Origin: a virus
Taxonomy: Duplodnaviria; Caudoviricetes
Virus record (IMG/VR): IMGVR_UViG_3300048855_000197
Location: 1 to 33,465 of that record
Direction: 5' to 3' (one strand)
Length of the DNA: 33,465 bases
Positions 9,089-17,008 of the stretch are shown here, piece by piece. How positions within the stretch are numbered: the stretch's first letter is position 1; every line of letters begins with the position of its first letter. The notes under the pieces were generated by a model. The model ran no database searches and had not been told where the DNA came from. It worked only from the letters and a program-made list of their open reading frames with translations. Position numbers and translations under genes: made by a program.

Positions 9089-9176
9089 GCCCCCCCGGCG
9101 CGGGGGCGGATCGCAAGACGCGGGAGGGCCTTCGGGCTGAGGGCCGCGATCCTCCGATCCCCACCCCCGTTTCTTT
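9089..9176 (+). other. long structured intergenic RNA element between M and L
   Basis: CGGGGGCGGATCG (9101-9113) pairs with CGATCC..CCCCCG (9155-9169); inner CGCGG/CCGCG; apical GGCC-TTCG-GGCT; followed by TTTCTTT. Confidence 0.55.
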
Positions 9177-9226
9177 CGAGGATTCACGATGCTGCTCATC
9201 TCTACCGTCTGCGCCCGGCTGCTCGA

Positions 9227-9712
9227 ATGAACGGCTTCGGCTGCATCGGCTCGGTCGTTCCGGACGCCGTCGACACGGTCGAGGGGATCATCGCCGATGA
9301 TTGGTACCCGTCCATCGATCCCGCCCAGCTGCGCCGCGAACACCGCCTGGGCGACGTGGCGAAGGTCACGCCCGATCGGCTGCGCGCCGCCATCCTTGAA
9401 GCGCTGATCTCCGTCGACAACCAGCTCGGCGTCTGGGCGATGCGGCAGACCGCTGCAGGCTATGCAACGCTTGCCGAAGTGCCCGCGCGCAAGTTCGACG
9501 GGGAAAGCCGCCTGGTCATCTCCTTCCGCCGTGCGATCGGGGCGCTGACCAAGCTCGAACTGATCGAGCGGCTTCGGGATCTCGACACCACCGCTGCTGG
9601 CGACCGCGATGCGACCGCGCTGGATCCGTCGATCGGCGAGCTGCGCCGCGATGCGGTGCACGCGATCCGGGACATTCTCGGCACCACCCGCACCACCGTC
9701 GAGCTGATCTGA
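9227..9712 (+). CDS. head completion/stabilisation protein, P2 gpL
   Basis: DWYPSID..LR...RL...VTPDRLR, RDLDTTAAG, LRRDAVHAIRDILGTTRTTVELI. Confidence 0.92.
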   Translation: MNGFGCIGSVVPDAVDTVEGIIADDWYPSIDPAQLRREHRLGDVAKVTPDRLRAAILEALISVDNQLGVWAMRQTAAGYATLAEVPARKFDGESRLVISFRRAIGALTKLELIERLRDLDTTAAGDRDATALDPSIGELRRDAVHAIRDILGTTRTTVELI

Positions 9713-9927
9713 TGCCCGACGTCGTTCACGCGCGCCAGGGCGACACCCTCGACCAGCTGCTGCACCGCGAACGGGCGCTGGGGCCGGAAGCACTCGGCAC
9801 CGTCCTCGATGCCAACCCCGGCATCGCCCAGCTGGGCGCCGTCCTGCCGACCGGCACCGCCGTCACCGTCCCGCCCGCCGCGCAGGCCGCGCCGGTCGAG
9901 CGCCAGCTCCTCGATTTCTGGGACTGA
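9712..9927 (+). CDS. tail protein X (LysM-like)
   Basis: ARQGDTLDQL...VLDANPGIAQLGAVLPTGTAVTVP...LLDFWD. Confidence 0.93.
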   Translation: MPDVVHARQGDTLDQLLHRERALGPEALGTVLDANPGIAQLGAVLPTGTAVTVPPAAQAAPVERQLLDFWD

Positions 9928-9929
9928 CC

Positions 9930-10274
9930 ATGTCCAAGCTTCCTGACATCCTCGACTCGTTCCTGACCTTCCTGGCTGGCCTGTCGCCCGGCGCGCTCGG
10001 CGCCGCGGTCAGCCTTGCGCATGAGAAGGGCCTGACCTGGTCGGAGCGCTGTATCCAGTTCGCCGCCGGCACCACCGTCAGCTGGTTCGCCCAGCGCGGC
10101 ATCGGCGCGCTCTACGCCTTCGACCCCTTCGTGCTGCAGGGCATCGGCTTCAGCGCCGGCATGGTCGCCTTCAAATCCACGCCGCGATTCATCGCCAGCG
10201 CCGCCGACGTCATCGCCAGCATCCCTGGCCTGATCCGCGACCGCTATCTCCCCGCTCGAAAGGACAAGCCGTGA
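9930..10274 (+). CDS. putative holin
   Basis: 114-aa hydrophobic protein with several TM-like segments and a basic C-terminus, immediately before the endolysin. Confidence 0.7.
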   Translation: MSKLPDILDSFLTFLAGLSPGALGAAVSLAHEKGLTWSERCIQFAAGTTVSWFAQRGIGALYAFDPFVLQGIGFSAGMVAFKSTPRFIASAADVIASIPGLIRDRYLPARKDKP

Positions 10275-10855
10275 CCGACACGCGCACCCCCGCCCCGGCG
10301 CTCAAGCGGCGCACCCTCGCCGGCGTGATCGGCACGACGCTCGGCGCGCTGGCGCTTTTCACCGTGACCCCTGCCTTCGAAAGCGGGCGCACCGTGGAAG
10401 CGAGCGTCACGCCAACCGGCGACGTGCAGATCCGCCACGTCGCGGGTCGCCAGTACCTCGACGCCTATCTCGACATCGTCCGCGTGCCCACCGCCTGCGA
10501 CGGCATCACCAAGGGCATCCGGATCGGCCAGCGCTATACCGAGGCGCAGTGCACCGCGATGCTGGAGCGCGAGCTGATCGCGCATGCCGAGGAAGTCATC
10601 GCCTGCGTGCCCCAGCTCTACGGCCGCGAGCGCGAGGCACCTGCCGCCGTGTCGCTCGCCTACAACATCGGCGGGCCGAAGTTCTGCACGTCGACCGCAG
10701 CCCGCCACTTCCGCGCCAAGCGCTGGACGGAGGGCTGCAACGCGCTGGTCATTTGGAACAAGGCCGGCGGCCGTGTCGTGCAGGGCCTGGTCAACCGCCG
10801 CGAGCGCGAACGGGCCATCTGCCTGCGCGGCCTCACCCCCCGAAAGGACCCGTGA
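10271..10855 (+). CDS. endolysin, GH24 lysozyme with N-terminal hydrophobic (SAR-like) segment
   Basis: FESG...AYLDIVRVPTACDGIT, YTEAQC, SLAYNIG..FCTST, WNKAGGRVVQGLVNRRERERAIC. Confidence 0.92.
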   Translation: MTDTRTPAPALKRRTLAGVIGTTLGALALFTVTPAFESGRTVEASVTPTGDVQIRHVAGRQYLDAYLDIVRVPTACDGITKGIRIGQRYTEAQCTAMLERELIAHAEEVIACVPQLYGREREAPAAVSLAYNIGGPKFCTSTAARHFRAKRWTEGCNALVIWNKAGGRVVQGLVNRRERERAICLRGLTPRKDP

Positions 10856-11373
10856 TGATCGCTGCTGCTCTCGCCACGCTCGCCCGTGCCCGCGAATGGC
10901 TGACCCTGCTGGCGCTGGGTGCCGCCGCCGCCTGGATCTACGTCCAGTGGGCCGAGGCCGACCAGGCGCGCGACCGCTATGCGCGCTGGGTTGAGGTGAC
11001 CTGTGCCGGGGCCGGCGCACCCTACGCTGGGGGGGCCGAGCAGCGCACCGACACGTCGAGCAAGCCGGTGACCGTCACCTTCGACGATGGCCAGCGCTGC
11101 CGCACCGCCATCAACCTTGCCGTCGCCTTCAAGGGCGAGACCGACCGCGCCACTGCCGAGCGCCTGGCGCGCGCCATGCTCGAACACGACGGCAAGCTGC
11201 TGGCCGATGCCCGCCTCGCCCGTGTCGCGGCCGAGGCCGCCAAGGCCGCCACCGAACGAATGGAGATCGCAAATGCTGAAGTCGAAGCACAGCCGGATGG
11301 TACGGGTCGCGTCGGTCGCGATTGGTTCGCTGCTCTTAACGACGTTGCCGGGCTGCGCACGCCGAGCCGTTGA
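10855..11373 (+). CDS. putative inner-membrane spanin (Rz/LysB-like)
   Basis: ATG overlaps the endolysin stop; N-terminal TM (WLTLLALGAAAAWIYVQW) and Ala-rich coiled coil; overlaps a lipoprotein gene. Confidence 0.7.
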   Translation: MIAAALATLARAREWLTLLALGAAAAWIYVQWAEADQARDRYARWVEVTCAGAGAPYAGGAEQRTDTSSKPVTVTFDDGQRCRTAINLAVAFKGETDRATAERLARAMLEHDGKLLADARLARVAAEAAKAATERMEIANAEVEAQPDGTGRVGRDWFAALNDVAGLRTPSR

Positions 11374-11599
11374 AGTGCCCGTACCGCAGCCGGTGCCGGT
11401 CGCCCTCGAGATTCGCGACACGCCGCCGGCCGAACTGCTGCGCTGTCCCGAACAGCCCGCCGGCTTCCCCACCGACGCCCAGGCAACCATGCCGGCCGGC
11501 GTTCGCTCGGCCGCGATCCGCATGGCGCGCGCCCTGCGCGAGCGGGGCGACCAGCTCGTGCGCCTGATCCGCTGGCACGACCCGGAGGCATGCCGGTGA
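11273..11599 (+). CDS. putative outer-membrane spanin lipoprotein (Rz1/LysC-like); start 11273 or 11297
   Basis: Signal peptide with lipobox LPGC, Pro-rich VPVPQPVP and TPPAELLRCPEQP; overlaps the i-spanin 3' end in another frame. Confidence 0.75.
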   Translation: MLKSKHSRMVRVASVAIGSLLLTTLPGCARRAVEVPVPQPVPVALEIRDTPPAELLRCPEQPAGFPTDAQATMPAGVRSAAIRMARALRERGDQLVRLIRWHDPEACR

Positions 11600-12060
11600 A
11601 GAAACCGGAAGGCCTGCGGCGCCTGCTGCTCGCCACCGCGCTGAAGGATCAGCCCGAGAAGCTGCAGCTGTTCATCGATCGGGGCGGCGTCATCTGCCGC
11701 CGTGGGCGCAACCTCGCCTTCACCTACGGCTACACGCTGAACGTCGTGGTCGAGGGCTACACCGGCGAGGTGGATGCGCTGATGGTGCCAGTCCTCGCCT
11801 GGGTTGCTGAGCAGCAGCCCGACTTGCTCGATAAGCCGCCCTACCGGCCGTTCGAGTTCGAATCGGAGTTGCTCGACGCCAACAGCGCCGACGTGTCGAT
11901 CAACATCGAGCTGACCGAAAACGTCCTGGTCGACCGCACGGGCAAGTCGACCTGGTCGGCGCGGCACCTGAACGAGCCGGTCCTCGCCGACGCCTTTACC
12001 GGCGTATGCGGGGTGTCGCTGGTCGCCGGCATGATCGACGCTGCCAACAGCGCGCCATGA
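11590..12060 (+). CDS. tail completion protein R (P2 gpR)
   Basis: KKPEGLR, PEKLQLFIDRG, LAFTYGYTLN, VPVLAWVAEQQPDLL, DVSINIELTENVLV, HLNEP. Confidence 0.92.
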   Translation: MPVKKPEGLRRLLLATALKDQPEKLQLFIDRGGVICRRGRNLAFTYGYTLNVVVEGYTGEVDALMVPVLAWVAEQQPDLLDKPPYRPFEFESELLDANSADVSINIELTENVLVDRTGKSTWSARHLNEPVLADAFTGVCGVSLVAGMIDAANSAP

Positions 12061-12725
12061 GCGACGACCTGATCGAGATCGAGAACCTGGCGGGCGCCCT
12101 GCTGCGCAACGTCGACGCGAACGCGCGCCGCCGCCTGCTGCGATCCGTGGCGAAGAAGGTACAGGCGAGCCAGCGGGCGCGCATCGGCCGCCAGCAAGAT
12201 CCGGACGGCGCCCCGTTCGCCCCGCGCCGGAAGCGTCCGGAACCCACGCGCGGCGCCTACACGGTGCGCTTCCTCTATCCCAAGGGCGACCCGATCCCGC
12301 GCGAAGTCCTCATGAAGAGCTGGGTCTGGGATGGTCCGCTGATGACCGGCTTTGACATCGAGGCGGGCGGCATCCGATCCTTCCACCGCGATAAGGTCGA
12401 TCGCTACCTGCCGCTGGAGCCGGGGATGCAGAACGCCAGCGCCGGCAAGCTGCGCCGCAAGGGGCACATCCGTCGCGCGGCGATGTTCCGCAAGCTTGCG
12501 TCAGCCCGCTACCTGCGCGCAGACGCGACCGACACCGAGGCATGGGTCGGCTTCACCGGCCAGGCCGCGCGCGTCGCCGGCATCCACCAGCACGGCCTGG
12601 TCGATAAACCGTCTCAGAAGGCCAAGCCAGTACGTTACGCGCGCCGCACGCTGCTGGGGTTCAGCGAGGCCGACCGCATGATGGTGCTGGACGCGCTTCT
12701 TGCGTCGTTGGTCGATGGAATGTGA
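12057..12725 (+). CDS. virion morphogenesis/tail completion protein S (P2 gpS) with an internal insertion
   Basis: SQRARIGRQQDPDGAPFAPRR ... MFRKL...YL ... ARVAGIHQHGL..YARRTLLGFS; extra ~60 aa between the two halves. Confidence 0.9.
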   Translation: MSDDLIEIENLAGALLRNVDANARRRLLRSVAKKVQASQRARIGRQQDPDGAPFAPRRKRPEPTRGAYTVRFLYPKGDPIPREVLMKSWVWDGPLMTGFDIEAGGIRSFHRDKVDRYLPLEPGMQNASAGKLRRKGHIRRAAMFRKLASARYLRADATDTEAWVGFTGQAARVAGIHQHGLVDKPSQKAKPVRYARRTLLGFSEADRMMVLDALLASLVDGM

Positions 12726-12900
12726 CATTACGAAGCGATACCGGGAGTGATATCGCCACCCCTTCCAATGATACCTTTGATGCACAAAGGTTCGTCGATG
12801 TAGAGGTTGCGTACCGACCTACCCGTAACTGCATTGGCTGGACAGCAACAACCTGAATTGGCAGGATGCCATCTGTGGATTTCAGGAGGAGGCGCCGCTG

Positions 12901-13368
12901 TTGTTCTGCCGGACCAAATCGACCGCGCTGTCGGCCCTCCTGTTGACGTCTGCAGCTTGTGCTCAGTCGCCGTCGGCATCCTCGATCCAAGCGGCGCTGG
13001 AGCGCGGCATGGCGGTAGCCGTAGATGGGACATCATCGGTCCGCTGCACGCCAGAACGCGAGAAGCTGGCCTTCAGCTGTATCGAGCAATTCGACTCAGA
13101 TCACTTCACCTCGGTTGAGGTCCTCGCGGAGCCCGTCGCGCCAAACGAACGCCGACCGGGGCACCGGCCGAGTCAGGCGAGCGACCCGATCTTCGGACCG
13201 GGCGGCGGCGGCGGACGGTACAGTGTCACCACCACCGATGGGGCTTATGCGATCCACGCGACCGAGTTCCAGCGACTGGTTCGCGGCGCGGAACCTAAGC
13301 TGCCGTCCGCCACCCGCCTGCTAGAGGTGATTGCGACACAGTACGACGGCCGACCCGCTAACCGCTAG
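12901..13368 (+). CDS. hypothetical lipoprotein (moron)
   Basis: RBS AGGAGGAGG before TTG; signal peptide with lipobox LLLTSAAC. Confidence 0.7.
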   Translation: MFCRTKSTALSALLLTSAACAQSPSASSIQAALERGMAVAVDGTSSVRCTPEREKLAFSCIEQFDSDHFTSVEVLAEPVAPNERRPGHRPSQASDPIFGPGGGGGRYSVTTTDGAYAIHATEFQRLVRGAEPKLPSATRLLEVIATQYDGRPANR

Positions 13369-13379
13369 GAGCCACGCCC

Positions 13380-14165
13380 ATGGCCGACTACCTCGCCAGT
13401 CTGCCCGTCGATCGAGTTGCCGCGTGGTACCGCCGCCTGGCCAACGCCACCGGGCAACGCCGTGTGGAAGGGCAAGAGCCTTACTCCGCGATGCTGCTCC
13501 GCCATTGGCTCGACAATCGCGACCCCAAGAGCACGTTCCGCTTGCCCGCGCGAAGGTATCTTCAAACGAACGATAAGGTACGAGAAGCGCTCCGTTATCA
13601 CCGGGCTGTCTTTCTGACGGAGCAGGAGGCGCGGGTCGGTAAAGGGTCGCTGTTCGGCTCCAACACGCGGCGCGGGGGCGTCGTACCACGCATTCAAGGA
13701 GCGCCGGGGTTTCAGCGATGGGATCTGACCGGCAAGCTTCAGCTCGATTATCAGTCGCTAGTCGAGATCGGCAGCGGTCCGCTCGACATCTTGCGAATTC
13801 AGAGCCGTGGCAGCCAGGAGGAACAGGACCTGTTCACATCGTTGCGAGGGTTCCAGCTTCACAGCCGGGCGCTGGTGTCCGGCCAGCGTCAGGGCAGTCA
13901 AGTAGCGATCCGGTTCGAAAGTTGGCTGTGCGAAGCCAAGGATCGATACGACTGGAATTACAGCGAATATCTCACCGTTCCCAATCCGGATTATGGCAGC
14001 AAGGCGCAAGACGCGGTGCGCCCGACCGACATGAAGCTAACGGTCTATCACAGCAATGCCAAGCGTCTGGAGGATGCTAAACTTGCCGCGCCGTACGACA
14101 TCCGAACTCAAGCGTGGCGCGTATCAGATCCCACAATCGTTGGGCCTGCAACCGTGCGGGCCTGA
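13380..14165 (+). CDS. hypothetical protein (moron), possible toxin with a colicin-M-like motif pattern
   Basis: RBS AGGAG; 261-aa ORF; LLRHWL...DLFTSLRGF...KDRYDWN...LAAPYDI. Confidence 0.7.
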   Translation: MADYLASLPVDRVAAWYRRLANATGQRRVEGQEPYSAMLLRHWLDNRDPKSTFRLPARRYLQTNDKVREALRYHRAVFLTEQEARVGKGSLFGSNTRRGGVVPRIQGAPGFQRWDLTGKLQLDYQSLVEIGSGPLDILRIQSRGSQEEQDLFTSLRGFQLHSRALVSGQRQGSQVAIRFESWLCEAKDRYDWNYSEYLTVPNPDYGSKAQDAVRPTDMKLTVYHSNAKRLEDAKLAAPYDIRTQAWRVSDPTIVGPATVRA

Positions 14166-14250
14166 CGCTCCGCGATCGTTCTATGGCTGAACGTCTGCCG
14201 GTGACGGAAGGGTATCGCCGAAACGTCCGCTGCAGCAAAGCGCATTCCTC

Positions 14251-14279
14251 GCAATCGTAGAGTCCGTCTCTACGATTGC
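14251..14279. promoter_or_regulatory. 29-bp palindrome copy 2, upstream of baseplate J
   Basis: GCAATCGTAGAG-tccgt-CTCTACGATTGC. Confidence 0.75.
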
Positions 14280-14323
14280 CGCCCCCTAGCCGCTGCCGCC
14301 ACCGCCCGCCGACATGGCCGACG

Positions 14324-15193
14324 ATGCCCAACGTCGCCGCCTCCAGCTCAAACGCCATCGACCTGTCGCGCCTGCCGGCGCCGACGATCGTCGAGCAGCT
14401 GACGTTCGAGCAGATCCTCGCAGAGTTGATCGCCACCCTGCAGCAACTGCTGCCCGGCTTCGACGCGCTGGTCGAAAGCGACCCGGTGATGAAGCTGCTG
14501 CAGGTGGTCGCCTATCGCGAGCTGCTGCTACGCCAGGGCTTCAACGACGCCGCCCGGCAGCTGATGTTGGCATACGCCACCGGGACTAACCTAGATCAAC
14601 TCGCCGCCTTGGTCGGTGTCGCTCGTCTGACCGAGCACGAAGACGACGATACTCTGCGGCAGCGTGCGGTGCTTGGACCTGAAGGCTTCTCAGTTGCCGG
14701 TCCCGAACTGGCCTATGTCTTCCACGCGAAGTCGGCCGCTGCCGGCGTGCTCGATGCCAGCGCGGTCTCGCCGGCGCCTGGCGAGGTCCGGGTCACAATT
14801 CTGGCGCGTGAGGGCGACGGCACCGCCCCGCCCGCCCTGCTCGATGCCGTGCGCGAGCGCGTGAACGCGCGTGAGGTGCGCCCGCTCGGCGACTTGGTGA
14901 CCGTCGCAAGCGCTGAGATCCGCAACTTCGTAGTCGACGCGACGCTCTACACCTTCGCCGGTCCCGACTGCTCTCTGGTGTTGACTGCCGCTCGCGGCCA
15001 GCTCGACGGTTACCTCGCCGAATGCCGGCTGCTCGGCCGTGATGTCACCATGTCGGGCCTCTACGCGGCGCTCACCGTCCCCGGCGTGCAGCGCGTCGTG
15101 CTTGGGTCGCCACTCGCCGATGTCGTCTGCGACGCCACCCAGGCGGCCTGGTGCACCGGCATCACCATCGCGCATGGCGGCTATGACGCATAG
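14324..15193 (+). CDS. baseplate assembly protein J
   Basis: IDLSRLPAPTIVEQLTFEQIL, ESDPVMKLLQ..AYRELLLR, GFSVAGPELAYVFHA, SPAPGEV, VRPLGDLVTV. Confidence 0.95.
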   Translation: MPNVAASSSNAIDLSRLPAPTIVEQLTFEQILAELIATLQQLLPGFDALVESDPVMKLLQVVAYRELLLRQGFNDAARQLMLAYATGTNLDQLAALVGVARLTEHEDDDTLRQRAVLGPEGFSVAGPELAYVFHAKSAAAGVLDASAVSPAPGEVRVTILAREGDGTAPPALLDAVRERVNAREVRPLGDLVTVASAEIRNFVVDATLYTFAGPDCSLVLTAARGQLDGYLAECRLLGRDVTMSGLYAALTVPGVQRVVLGSPLADVVCDATQAAWCTGITIAHGGYDA

Positions 15194-15833
15194 CCTGCTG
15201 CCTCCCAACGCTTCCCGGCTCGAACGCGCGGTTGAATCAGCGACCGCGCGCATCGGTGACGTGCCGTACCCGATCGGAACGCTGTTGGATCCGCAGCGCA
15301 TCCCGGCGCGATGGCTGCCGTGGCTCGCCTGGGGGCTGTCGGTCGACAGCTGGGATGCGGAGTGGACCGAAGCTGAGAAGCGCGCGGCGGTTGCCGGCTC
15401 GATCGAGCTGCACCGGATCAAGGGAACCCGCGCCTCGGTTGAAACCGTACTGGCCCGCTTCGATCAGCTCCTCGAACTGACGGAGTGGCACCAGGCGACA
15501 CCGCGCGCGGATTCGCACACCTTCGAGGTTCGCCTTCCCATCGCCGGCAACGGCGTGGCTCCCGGCGGACGCCGCGCCACCGCCGCCTTTGCCGAGGCCA
15601 TCATTCGCGAAGTGTCGCGGGTGAAGCCCGCGCGCGAACACTTCCGCCTAGTGCAGAGCCTCGAACTCGACGGCGCGATCGGCATCCAGGGCGTGGCCCG
15701 GCTCGCCGGCGCCACCCGTGCCGACATGGCCGCTAACATCGACACCTCGCCGGCCTGGGCCGCCTACCTTCAGACCGAAGATGGTGAGCCGCTGCAGGAT
15801 GACGCCGGCGTTTTTCTGGACACCGCCCCATGA
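15183..15833 (+). CDS. tail protein I (P2 gpI)
   Basis: SLLPPNASRLERA, WLPWLAWGLSVDSWD, HRIKGT, KPAREHF. Confidence 0.93.
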   Translation: MTHSLLPPNASRLERAVESATARIGDVPYPIGTLLDPQRIPARWLPWLAWGLSVDSWDAEWTEAEKRAAVAGSIELHRIKGTRASVETVLARFDQLLELTEWHQATPRADSHTFEVRLPIAGNGVAPGGRRATAAFAEAIIREVSRVKPAREHFRLVQSLELDGAIGIQGVARLAGATRADMAANIDTSPAWAAYLQTEDGEPLQDDAGVFLDTAP

Positions 15834-17005
15834 GCAAGCTCGCCCTTACCATCACCCAGGCGGGCCATGCCCGGTTCACCGCCGCCCAGGTCGACCAGGA
15901 CATCGACCTGTCCATCAGCGCGGTCGGGCTGACGAACACCGTGTTCGTGGCGGCGCCGACGCTCACCGGGCTCCCGGGCGAGTTCCGCCGCGTGTCGACC
16001 ATTTCGGGCGAGGCGATTGGCGACAACGTCGTGCACATGGTCGTGCGGGATAGCGAGCCGAACGCCTACCAGGTGCGCGGCTTCGGCCTGTTCCTCGCCG
16101 ATGGCACGCTGTTCGCCTCCTATGCGCAGGCAGAGCCGCTGTTCGAGAAGTCGGCGCTGTCCGACATGCACCTCGCGATCGACATCGCCTTCCCGACCGG
16201 CAACGTCGAGCAGCTGACGTTCGGCAACACCAACTTCCTCAACCCGCCGGCGACGACCGCCACCCGCGGTGTCGCCGAGCTCGCAACGCAGGAAGAGGTC
16301 GATGCCGGCATCGATGCCGAGCGCATCGTCACGCCCAGGACGCTGGGCCAGCGCCTGCTCTGGCTGCTGTCCGGCCGCAAGATCCTGGGCGCCGGCCTCG
16401 CCACCGGCGGCGGCGATCTGTCCGCCGATCGCACCATCACCGTTCCTGCAGCTTCGGCTGCCGAAGCCGATGCCGGCACGCTCACCAACAAGGCGCTGAC
16501 GCCGGCGAGCATCGCCAACCTCATTTCGTCAATCCTTGACCGTGTGCCGCTCACCCGTCGGGTCAACACCGATGGGCTGGCGCTCGGCGGCAATGCGCTG
16601 ACCACGGACATGACGATCTCGGTGCCGCCGGCCACGCCCGAGCAGCTGCTCAACGCCATGGCCGCCAATGTGGCAGTCACGCCGGCATCGTTCGGCGGGC
16701 TTGCCAGCCTGTTCGGCACCTCGGGCTATTACACGCTGCCGGGCGGCCTCATCGTCCAGTGGGTGACCTATCGCGCGCTCCTGGCCGACGAACCGGCCGT
16801 GAGCGTCAACTACCCGGTCCCGTTTCCCAGCGAGTGCCTGTTCGCGCTGACCTGCCCCTACATCTCGGCCGCCAGCCAGGCGCGGGACGGATGGACCCAG
16901 ATCGTCGGCAACCCCGGTGCTGCCTCCTGTCTCGTCCAGGTGCAGGCCGACGACCAGAACGACCGCCGCATCGACGGCATCAACCTCCTCGTAATCGGAC
17001 GCTGA
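15830..17005 (+). CDS. tail fibre protein (gpH position)
   Basis: Follows gpI; LTITQAG N-terminus, repeated ATxxExxAG..VTP and GLxxGGxLxxDxTI motifs, C-terminal GYYTLPGGLIVQW..YPVPFP. Confidence 0.85.
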   Translation: MSKLALTITQAGHARFTAAQVDQDIDLSISAVGLTNTVFVAAPTLTGLPGEFRRVSTISGEAIGDNVVHMVVRDSEPNAYQVRGFGLFLADGTLFASYAQAEPLFEKSALSDMHLAIDIAFPTGNVEQLTFGNTNFLNPPATTATRGVAELATQEEVDAGIDAERIVTPRTLGQRLLWLLSGRKILGAGLATGGGDLSADRTITVPAASAAEADAGTLTNKALTPASIANLISSILDRVPLTRRVNTDGLALGGNALTTDMTISVPPATPEQLLNAMAANVAVTPASFGGLASLFGTSGYYTLPGGLIVQWVTYRALLADEPAVSVNYPVPFPSECLFALTCPYISAASQARDGWTQIVGNPGAASCLVQVQADDQNDRRIDGINLLVIGR

Positions 17006-17008
17006 GCG

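Noticed and set aside
4148-11967. Long antisense ORFs (e.g. 4148-5311 +, 6093-7079 -, 7076-8476 -, 8489-9793 -, 10660-11967 -)
   Set aside because: Shadow frames of recognised genes, expected in high-GC DNA; no recognisable motifs
12728-13118. ORFs 12728-13036 (-) and 12807-13118 (+) in the moron leader
   Set aside because: They overlap the better-supported lipoprotein gene, which has a strong RBS; no motifs
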